From Octopus sinensis (taxonomy: Eukaryota), in assembly GCF_006345805.1 (NCBI RefSeq), contig NW_021832022.1:1-33540 (forward strand): a stretch of DNA of 33,540 nt. The letters are read 5' to 3'. Position 1 is the stretch's first letter. Every line of letters begins with the position of its first letter. Both the position numbers and the translations under genes were made by a program. The notes below the pieces were generated by a model. It was not told where the DNA came from, did not search any database, and saw nothing but the letters and a program-made list of their open reading frames with translations. Shown piece by piece: positions 24,385 to 33,540 of this stretch.

Positions 24385-24960
24385 CAGTCAGCTGGCAGAA
24401 ACGTTAGCACGCAGGGCGAAATACTTGGCGGTATTTCATCTGCCGATACGTTCTGAGTTCAAATTCCGCCGAAGTTGACTTTACCTTTCATCCTTTCGGG
24501 GTCGATTAAATAAGTACCAGTTACGCACTGGGGTCGATGTAATCGGCTTAATCCGTTTGGCTGTCCTTGTTTGTCCTCTCTGTGTTTAGCCTCTTGTGGG
24601 TTAAAAAGAAATAGGTATTTCGTCTGTCTTTACGTTCTGGGTTCAAATTCCGCCGAGGTCGACTTTGCCTTTCATCCTTTCGGGGTTGATTAAATCAGTA
24701 CCATTTACGCACTGGGGACGATATAATCGACTTAATCAGTTTGTCTGTCCTTGTTTGTCCCCTCTGTATTTAGCCCCTTGTGTGTAGTAAAGAAATAGGT
24801 ATTTCGTCTGTCTTTACGTTCTGGGTTCAAATTCCGCCGATGTCGACATCGCCTTTCATCCTTTCGGGGTCGATGAAATAAGTACCACCTGAGCTCTTGG
24901 GTCGATGTAATAGACTTACCCCCACCCCCAAAAATTGCTGGCCTTCTGCCAACCTTTCAA
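24385..24960 (+). mobile_element. Trimeric OK-type SINE (184-bp repeated unit)
   Basis: Junction AAAGAAATA|GGTATTTCG at 24613/24614 and 24797/24798. Confidence 0.85.
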
Positions 24961-25238
24961 ACCGATATGTAGAAACGCGTTTACAACAAGAATTTCAAAT
25001 TCTTTGAATTGGATCTAAATTCTTCAACTCGAAGCGTTTTTCCTTTTCTACTACAAGTATAGAAGGCACAAAAAAGGGTAATAACCAAGGGTCATGATAA
25101 GCAGCCCTTTAAATAATTGATTGGATATATACTGCAGTAAATTAGATTTCAATTGTATATCTAAGCTGATTGAGGTTGAGTGGGAGGTTTCTATTTCTAA
25201 TTACTGGTGAATTAATAAAATGATCAAGAAATCAAACT

Positions 25239-25470
25239 GGCGCACGAGTGGCTGTGTGGTAAGAAGGTTGCTTCCCAACCACATGGTTCCAGGTTCAGTC
25301 CCACTGCGTGGCACCTTTGGCGAGTGCCTTCTACAATAGCGGTTCGGCAAAAAACGTCCGACAGACTAAGTACCAGGTTTTAAGAGAGCAATATGTTCTG
25401 GGGTCGATTCGTTCAACGAAAATTCCAGCATGGCCGTAGTCTAATGACTGAATCAAGTAAACAATAAAAG
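25239..25470 (+). mobile_element. Internally deleted CORE-like SINE
   Basis: Head and 3' tail of the 23613 family joined without the microsatellite region. Confidence 0.7.
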
Positions 25471-26107
25471 ACATCGGAAATATAGTTCTAGATATCTAGA
25501 TATACAAAAAAAACAAAGAAACAAAAACACAAAATGAGGTTGTCACGGCCGGTAAGACTTTGATCAGATCTCTTTGTTCAAAGCTGACTGTGCAGTTATA
25601 ATAACTACTACTGCACTGCAGTAGTCGCTTCTTACGTATTTATGACCAGACATGCATATTCGACAAGCCGCTTAAACGATTTGTGAGAAAAGTCTCTAGT
25701 TTCATATTGTATTTATTTTTGAGGCACTTATATTTCCTTGTCAAACAGAAATACGATATAAATAGATATTAAAGCAGGGAATATTAGTTAGTTCTGTAGG
25801 ATAAAGAATACTGCATTTAAGTACAGGAGAAAAAAATCTATCAAAACTAAGTTTCTTACTGATAATGTAGGACTGAATTTTATAAAAGAAATTATGGAGA
25901 ATATTGTAAAAGGCGTCGGTGAATAAAAGCGAAAAGGTAAGAAATGAGACAGAAAAAATATGATTATAGCAACGATATAAACGATATAAATAACAATTCT
26001 TTTTACTATAGAGACAAGGTCTAGAATTTTAGGGGCAGGGAAAAATCTATTACATCGATCCCTGTGCTCAGCTGGTATCTGTTTTATCGATATCTAAAGG
26101 ATGAAAT

Positions 26108-26643
26108 GTGGAGGCGCAATGGCCCAGTGGTTAGGGCAGCGGACTCGCAGTCAGAGGTTCGCGGTTTCGGTTCCCAGACCGAGCGTTGTGTGTGTTTATT
26201 GAGCGAAAACATCTAAAACTCCACGAGGCTCCGGCTGTTTGTTGTTGTTGTTATGCAACAAGACGGGTAAGGGTGATTAGGTGATGGTCTAGGGCTTAGG
26301 GGCGGGAGACCCCAGACCTTGGAAAAAAAAACTTTGGTCGTCTTGTTGTAGTCGAGGGCTCTTTGTTGACGCCCGACACCACTGGGAGGTGGCCCTCGGA
26401 GTCGCTGGAATTGGAGATCTCCAGTTCCAAATTCTTGAACGGCCGAGGCTCCGACAGGGGGTGGTGGCGACCCCTCTTGTACTCTTTCGCCCCAACTTTC
26501 TCTCACTCTTTCTTCCTGCTTCTTGTGTAACACTGCGATGGACTGGCGTCCCTTCCGCTGGGAGGAACACATACGCCATAGAAACCGGGAAACCGGGCCC
26601 ATGAGCCTGGCTAGACTTGAAAAGGGGCGCATAAATAAATAAA
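26108..26643 (+). mobile_element. tRNA-head SINE with tail type D, carrying a nested insertion
   Basis: Head and tail similarity to the other copies; insert at 26234-26443. Confidence 0.85.
26234..26443 (-). mobile_element. 5'-truncated non-LTR retroelement 3' end with an (AAC)n tail, inserted into a SINE
   Basis: TSD cgaggctccg at 26224-26233 and 26444-26453; the minus strand ends in ...ataacaacaacaacaaac. Confidence 0.7.
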
Positions 26644-26915
26644 AAAGGATGAAATATGAAGTTGTCTTCGGCGGCATAAGAGTTCAGAACGTAAAGCCGG
26701 AAGAAATGCTGCTAAGCATTTTGGTAAAGTAAAGTCGACCTCAGCAGCATTTGAATTCAGAACGTAAAATCAGAATGGGTACCGCTAAGTATTTTGTCCG
26801 ATGCGGTAACTATTCGTTCAGCTCATCAATCTTATTGTTTCAAATTTTAGTCCGAGGCCATCAGTTTTAGAGGAGGAAATTAGTCAATTATATTGATTCT
26901 AGTGCTCATCTGGCA

Positions 26916-27992
26916 CTTATTTTATCAGTCCCGAAAGAATGAAAGGCAAAGTCAACCTCATCGGAATTTGGTAAGCGTAGAAAAAATTCGCAGAGCATCT
27001 TATCCTATGTTCTACACATCCTATTTTCAACCGCCCTCATGTAACAACCACCACCGTAATAATTCTCCCTAATTTTTGGCCCAAAGCCAGAAATTTTGAA
27101 TGAGGGGCAAGTCGATTACATCGACTCTGATCCTTAACCGGTACTTATTTTGGATCTTTACCTTTTGACCAACAGATTTAAAAAATAATTTTTTGTAACT
27201 AAACACTTTAAAACTTCGGACACTGGTAGAATGTGTCATATAAAACATCTGTTACTCTTAGCGTTTTTGAGAAAACCTTATATTTAGGTAGTTATTTCAC
27301 GTTAAAGTTGTAGTATTTCGGTAATTTCAACCAATCAATGACGTGTATTCAGCTGAATAAAATTACTGCCGTTGTTTGTCAACAAGAACTTCCGGTGGTG
27401 TATATTTCGTTTGTCACTGTTATTTATGACAACCCTAACCTTAAAACCCTAACTCTAAACCTAAAATCCTAACCCTAAAACCTTAAAGCTAAAACCAGTA
27501 CAAACGCACGAATGATGTCATAAATAACAGTGACAAACGAAATATACACCGCCGATAGTTGTTGTTGACAAACAACGGCAGTAATTTTATTCAGTTGAAT
27601 ACACGTCATTGATTGGTTGAAATTACCAAAATACTACAACTTTAACGTGAAATAACTTCCAAAAAACCCTAGAGTAAAATATGTTTTTTATGACACATTC
27701 TACCAGTGTCCGAAGTTTGAAAGTGTTTAGTTACAAAAAATTATCTTTTAAATCTGTCGGTCAAAAGGTAAAGATCCCTTATTTTAACGACCCCGAAAGA
27801 ATGAAAGGCAAAGTCAACCTCATCGGAATTTGGTAAGCGTAAAGAAATTTCGCAGATCATCTTATCCTACGTTTTACACATCCTGTTTTCAACCGCCCTC
27901 ATGTAACAACCACTATAATAATTCTCTCTAAGTTTTGGCCGAAAGTCAGCAATTTTGATGGAAGGGACATAGACTCTGATCCTTAACTGGTA
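26916..27992. repeat. Diverged tandem duplication (~220-230-bp units 26916-27143 and 27778-27992) made of OK-SINE fragment plus unique DNA, split by the MITE
   Basis: gaaagaatgaaaggcaaagtcaacctcatcggaatttggtaagcgt...gactctgatccttaac is present twice. Confidence 0.8.
27152..27777. mobile_element. 626-bp fold-back MITE with ~260-280-bp TIRs and an 8-bp TSD
   Basis: Termini GGATCTTTACCTTTTGACC...GGTCAAAAGGTAAAGATCC; TSD cttatttt at 27144-27151 and 27778-27785; degenerate (AACCCT)n spacer at 27431-27495. Confidence 0.92.
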
Positions 27993-28799
27993 CTTATTTT
28001 ATCGACCCCGAAAGGATGAAAGCAAAGTCGACCTCGGCGGAATTTGAACTCAAAACAGATAAACGTAAAAAAAAAATTCACAATGCATTTCGTCCTAGTT
28101 CTATAGATCCTGTTATCAACCACCTCCATATAACAACTAGCATAATAATAAATATACTTAATGATATATATTAAAAGGAAGACAAAAGATAGAGTATTAA
28201 ACCAAAGACAAAATGTAAAAAAAGTACAATACATCAAATCAAAATTGCTAGAAAATGAAAAACAATGTACATTATGGAGACGACGACAATAAACATTACA
28301 AATATTGACAAGCAAACAACATACAATTACAGGAATGAGAAACGGGGGAGAAAAACGAAAAGATAAAAAAAATTAGAGGGAAAATAAGCAAAGAGAAAAT
28401 TTCTTCCTCTAGAAAAAAAAAAAGAAGAAAAGAACACAATCATTTCATTGCCTGAAACAATGTGAGTAGAAATGTAACGTTAAATAAAAGAATTCTATTT
28501 TACTATTTATTTTTTTGAAAAATGCATCATTTTCTTTATTGATCGTTTTATCAGATATTCTAGTTTCAATAATTATGATGTCTTAGTAAAGTAGACAGTA
28601 GCAAATATAATAGAGGACAGAAATGAGATTGTTGAGCATCGAAGTTAGTTTTGCTCTAACTAGAATTTGAAACCAGATGCCAGAATGGAATCGCCTTTTG
28701 CTTTACATCATTTCCGCTCTAAATGCCGTGTCTTTTGAAAGGAAACGCTGCCTTCGTTATGAGATGTTATATTTTGTCCGGGAGCAATTGGGAAGTAAA

Positions 28800-29140
28800 T
28801 GAAACCCTTTCTACTAAATGCACAAGACCTGAAATTTTGGGTGAGTGGACTTGTCAATTACATTGACCCCAGTGTTTCACTGGTACTTAATTTATCGATT
28901 CCAAAAGGATGAAAGGCAACGTTGACCTCGGTGGAATTGGAACTCAGGACATGAAGACAGACGAAATACCTATTTCTTTACTACCCACAAGGGGCTAAAA
29001 ACAGAGGGGACAGACAAAGACAGACAAACGAATTAAATCGATTACATCGACCCCAGTAAATAACTGGTACTTAATTTATCGACCCCGAAAGGATGAAATG
29101 TAAAGTCGACCTCGGCGGAATTTGAACTCAGAACGCAGCG
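28800..29140 (-). mobile_element. Dimeric OK-type SINE
   Basis: Same junction as the other multimers, at 28970/28971. Confidence 0.8.
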
Positions 29141-29409
29141 ACTGTGGAATAGATTTTTTAAAATTATATTCTACTTGTGCGAAAACATAAATCAATCGAT
29201 AAATCAATGAAGATCGACAACTGATGTATTCAGACGGTAGAGTTTAACGAAATACGTTGTTATTTAGTTTTAATGATTGTTTGAAAAGAAAGAGTTGAAC
29301 AAATAGTGAATCGGACGACTCGATAACAAGTTATAAGTTCAAGTTACTTGTCAGCATTTTCATGTATTTCTACAGATTACAACACCATATACATACATAC
29401 ATACATACA

Positions 29410-29459
<50 letters not shown>

Positions 29460-29498
29460 GTGTGTGTGTGTGTGTGTGTATATGTATAGATATACATG

Positions 29499-29542
<44 letters not shown>

Positions 29543-29547
<5 letters not shown>

Positions 29548-29727
29548 GGAGTAAACACATAAATGTGAAACAAGGTGGAAAAAAGAGTACTCAAATACCA
29601 GTGGTAGAGTAATATGCTTTATTTAACAGCAGAAAATTCAACAACCTTTTACTCTGAGTTTCTCATGAATGGCAACGAGAAACTCAGAGTAACAGATTTT
29701 GGTTGATTTTCTGCTGCTTAAAATAAA

Positions 29728-29728
<1 letters not shown>
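29543..29728. mobile_element. (TA)n-flanked element ending in an inverted repeat (arms 29617-29664 and 29677-29728); a second partial copy lies at ~7646-7725
   Basis: tactctgagtttctc / gagaaactcagagta is a perfect 15-bp inner pair with imperfect outer arms; its 5' segment matches 7646-7725. Confidence 0.75.
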
Positions 29729-29763
<35 letters not shown>

Positions 29764-29767
<4 letters not shown>

Positions 29768-29964
29768 GTACACAGAAACAGGAAGAAAGAGTGAAAGTTG
29801 TGGTGGAAGAATACAGCAAATTTCACCACACTCTCTACCGGAGCCTCCTGGAGCTTTAGATGTCTTCACTCGATAAGCATTGACAACACCAGGTCTGGGA
29901 ATCGAAACCGCGATCTTACCACCGAGAGTCCACTGCCCTAACCACTGGGCCATTGCGCCTCCAC
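29764..29964 (-). mobile_element. tRNA-head SINE with tail A truncated at (TA)n
   Basis: Reverse complement is similar to 30181-30390. Confidence 0.8.
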
Positions 29965-30180
29965 TGTGACTATATACACGCACATCTATACTGAGATAAA
30001 AAAAAACAAAAAAAACATGGGCATGTATTTCGTATTCCATTTTTTCATCTGTTACCTATTTACCTGTGTCTCAAAATCGGTAATAAATTCATTTTACACA
30101 TGAAAATTATGAGTGCATAATCCTATTGAACATTCGTTGGACGTGGGAGAAATATCTATGATATATATATATGTTATAGA

Positions 30181-30563
30181 GGAGGCGCAATTGCCCAGTG
30201 GTTAGGGCAGCGGTCTCGCGGTCGTAGGATCGCGGTTTCAATTCTCAGACCGGGCGATGTGAGTGTTTGTTTTGAACGAAAACACCTAAAGATCAACGAA
30301 GCTCCGGCAGGGGTGGTGGCGAACCCTGCTGTACTCTTTCATCACAACTTTCTCTCACTCTTTCTTCTTCTTTCTGTTGTACCTGTATTTCAAAGGGCCA
30401 GCCTTGCCACACTCTGTGTCACTATGATTCTCCCTGAGAATTACGTTAAGGGTACACGTGTCGGTGGAGTGCTCAGCCACTTGCCCGTTAATTTCACGAG
30501 CAGGCTGCTCTGTTGATCGGATCAACTGGAACCCTCGTCGTCGTAACCGACGGAGTGCCACGA
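30181..30563 (+). mobile_element. Full-length tRNA-head SINE with tail type A
   Basis: tRNA-like head, purine/pyrimidine-biased middle, tail ...GGATCAACTGGAACCCTCGTCGTCGTAACCGACGGAGTGCC. Confidence 0.9.
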
Positions 30564-30779
30564 TATGTGTTATCTCCGAATTAATATTGCAGTAAATTTG
30601 CCTTTTCGATTTGTATTTACGTTAAATATGATACAGAGATGGTTATTTAATTATAATATTACTTCACTTGTATATAACAGATTCTTATTCATCCGGGCGG
30701 CTAATTGTAAAACCAAGGATTCTTTAGTTACTGTTGTCCTCTATCGGTAACAACGGATTTCATCTTAGTATGCGGTTGG

Positions 30780-30842
30780 CAGTGATTACATGCTACTGAC
30801 AGATCCCAACAAGGCGGAAATACCTATCTAGCAATCTCACTG
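30780..30842 (+). ncRNA. Decayed type I hammerhead ribozyme (Sm-alpha-like), probably inactive
   Basis: CAGTG-A-TTAC-A-TGCTA-CTGACAGA-TCC-CAACAA-GGCG-GAA-AT-ACCT-AT-C(30828)-TAGCA-A-TCT-CACTG. Stem I pairs on both sides of an internal loop; the core has one extra base and stem II is damaged. Confidence 0.55.
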
Positions 30843-31105
30843 GCTGTTGGACGACCTTCATCTCTTAGCGATATATGTTGTCGTTTTAGACACAGCACGT
30901 CCATAAGAGATGTTATCTCCGGACGAATACTGCAGCAAATTTGTCTTTTCACTATGTATTTGCATTAAGTATGATGCACATATGACTATTTAAAAGTCAT
31001 ACTGCTTCTGTTGTACACTGTCGTTATATATATTTATATTCATTATTCTTAAAGAAGAATATTATAGATAGTGACTTCGAAGTTTCGGCCAGTTAAGCCA
31101 TCGTC

Positions 31106-31106
31106 G

Positions 31107-31180
<74 letters not shown>

Positions 31181-31207
31181 CTATCTATCTATCTATCTAT
31201 CTATCTA

Positions 31208-31240
<33 letters not shown>

Positions 31241-31253
31241 ATCTATATATCTA

Positions 31254-31286
<33 letters not shown>

Positions 31287-31358
31287 GTCCGTCTGTCTGT
31301 ATGTCTCTCTGCCTTTTTGTCTGTCTATCTATCTATCTATCTATTTATCTATCTATCT
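31106..31358. repeat. (TCTA)n/(TCTG)n/(TA)n compound microsatellite upstream of LINE copy 1
   Basis: Directly visible; 31284-31343 is duplicated at 32476-32535. Confidence 0.9.
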
Positions 31359-32376
31359 AAGCATTCTATAGGGGATTAGTGGAGGGGAGGTACGACGACG
31401 AGCTCGGGGTGAACCTGGACGTCGACGAGGCATACCTGACCCGCCTGTTCGGGACGACTTTCGGGCTAGGGCCCATGGACAACTTCCAGAGATCCCTGGC
31501 CTGGCAGTGCTACCGAGAAGCGCTACCCATTCGGGATAAGCTCTACAGACACGGCTCGAGAAACACGGGGCCGACCTGCCCGAGATGCAGTCAGAGCGAC
31601 GAAACCGTTCTGCACGCACTCGTGTAGTGTCCAACAATTTCCGACCTGTGGGCTTATGTCGAACAACTGCTGTCACGTGTGGGACGAGTCGGTTTATCAG
31701 CTGAGTCTATCGTCAATATTGTCACGCCTCCTTCCTTCAAACGGAAGAATGGCGAAAGAATGTATCTGGTGGACGCGTCTGAAAGGATTGGAGACAAACA
31801 CTTTCCTCTCTGGTCAATCTCTCATCAACTTCTTCAAGTACCACTTGAAAAGGAAAGTGAGAGTAGAGAGGCAAGTTTTGTCTAGCGAACGTTTTAAAAA
31901 AAGATGGGTGAATGTAGCAAGGATGGAACGTATGAATCACGAAGCCACCTTGAGCATGATCCTATGAACCCAGAAATTGAAAACAGAGGGTTACCCACTT
32001 GCAAACAAATGTGGTAACATATAACAATATTGTCCAAGGTTACCGTGGTCTTTTTGGTAGGCTTTTCTTCCCACGGATAAACCTTACTTGCTTTCCCCTT
32101 TACACCATATATTATAACACTGTGATACACGATCCCTATTGATCGTTCTTTTTTTTCCTCTTCCCCTTTTTCCCCCTTTTTTCTTCTTTTTTCATTTCTC
32201 TTTTCTTTTGTTCCTTCTCCTGTTTTCTTTTTTTTCTTTTTTTTTGTTCTTTTTTCCCTTTTACGATCCCTTTAAATCGAAAACCTACGCCACCTTTCTT
32301 TTTCTCCCCCAAAAGAAAAGCTCTACCTTGTAACTTGTCCCATCTGTGTGCAGCCCTGTGTGGCCAATAAAGAAAC
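31359..32376 (+). mobile_element. 5'-truncated Tx1/L1-clade LINE: ORF2 C-terminal zinc-knuckle region plus 3' UTR (inactive)
   Basis: FQRSLAWQCYREALPIRDKLYRHG...CPRCSQSDETVLHALV*C fits CX2CX8HX4C; it has an in-frame stop and a frameshift, ORF end at 31967, a pyrimidine-rich UTR and an AATAAAGAAA terminus. Confidence 0.85.
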
Positions 32377-32469
<93 letters not shown>

Positions 32470-32541
32470 CGTCTGTCTGTCCGTCTGTCTGTATGTCTCT
32501 CTGCCTTTTTGTCTGTCTATCTATCTATCTATCTATCTATC
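32377..32541. repeat. (TCTA)n/(TCTG)n compound microsatellite between the two LINE copies
   Basis: Directly visible. Confidence 0.9.
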
Positions 32542-33540
32542 TTGGACACGCATGTAGACTACGTGGGTAGAGATAGGAATAGACGGGGATGCAAATGCCT
32601 CAGAGACCTGCTCAGACGCTTTCAACTGTCTGACAGGTTCCGACTAGACCACCCGAATGCGCCAACGTAGACATGGAGCAACCGCATCGGGTCGTCGAGA
32701 TCGTATCTAGATAGGATACTGTGTAGGACAGTAGACAGAGATAGCATAGGATGTCCACAATTCCACATAGTCAGCTACACGGATCACAAACTTGTGACAT
32801 GTACGCTAGACTTAGGTAAGACACTTAGGCAGGGTCCCGGATACTGGAAACTAAACGCGTCTTTCCCATCGAGACAGGTTTTCAGAGACCGGATTAGCAC
32901 ACTAGTAAAGAGGGCTTTGACGGGAGCCATCATCAACAACAAATGGTGGTTTGCCCTCAAGAGAGCAGTAAAAAAAGCAGAAGCGATTAGGTACAGCAAA
33001 GCACTAGCCATAGATAGAAATAGAGTAGAGGTAGAGGGGAGCTAGTAAGAAGCTAGAAGAGGCATCGCATCCGACGTTTTGGCGGCGAGGTTGGCCCTCG
33101 ACCAACACTTCAACGCCAAACACGAAGGATGTGCTGTCAGAGCTAGGATGCGTGCTCTAAGGAACGAAGGTGTTGGAGCCGCGAGAGAGGCCCGGTGGCA
33201 GAGGCGCAACAGGGCAACAAAGCCACCATTCGGTCCCTGGTAGATGAACAGGGGCGCGAATTGCTCGAGCCAAGTAAAATGTGTGAGGCATTCAGCAGCA
33301 TTTTTCCCGACTGTTCGGAACGAGTGGAGGGCAAGAACGTAGGGTGGACTTCAGTGCCTACCTACATAGCCTACCACGACTCTCGACAAGAAAGGCAGGG
33401 TGGCTGCGAAGGTGCCACCACGGCGGCGGAAGTGCAGGAAGCGATGGCAGATGCAGAATGCAGGGGGACAAATCACCGGGTTTGGATGGTCTACCTTACG
33501 AGCTTTACAATTGTATGCCAGACTTGTTTGGAGATCTCTT
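32542..33540 (+). mobile_element. 5'-truncated Tx1/L1-clade LINE ORF2: AP-endonuclease C-terminus to pre-RT region, frameshifted, runs off the window
   Basis: TWSNRIGSSRSYLDRI, YTDHKLV, GPGYWKLNAS and, at ~33470-33510, KSPGLDGLPYELY are hallmark L1/Tx1 ORF2 motifs. Confidence 0.9.

Overview
Eukaryotic, AT-rich, non-coding window (intron or intergenic) that looks like Octopus genomic DNA. This assignment comes from my recognition of the tRNA-derived SINE families (OK/OR-type) and the (TA)n/(CA)n/(TAGA)n load, not from a database search. I find no convincing host exon. Almost every listed ORF is a microsatellite or SINE artefact. The window is a dense mosaic of mobile DNA: three main SINE families in many copies, two 5'-truncated Tx1/L1-clade LINEs in a (TCTA)n/(TCTG)n microsatellite, a decayed RTE reverse-transcriptase fragment, a head-to-tail array of three non-autonomous Helitrons, a 626-bp fold-back MITE with an 8-bp TSD and several smaller palindromes. 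The most notable signals are three. (1) There are several hammerhead-ribozyme (HHR) motifs: a full-length Schistosoma-type type I HHR (4587-4646), a decayed one of the same type (30780-30842), an HHR in a ~1.4-mer of a 474-nt unit resembling a retrozyme (8005-8664), and minimal Penelope-type HHR motifs in several short (TA)n-embedded elements. (2) The most abundant SINE shares a 41-nt 3' end with the Tx1-like LINE, which suggests its partner LINE. (3) One tRNA-derived SINE head is joined to four or five different 3' tails.
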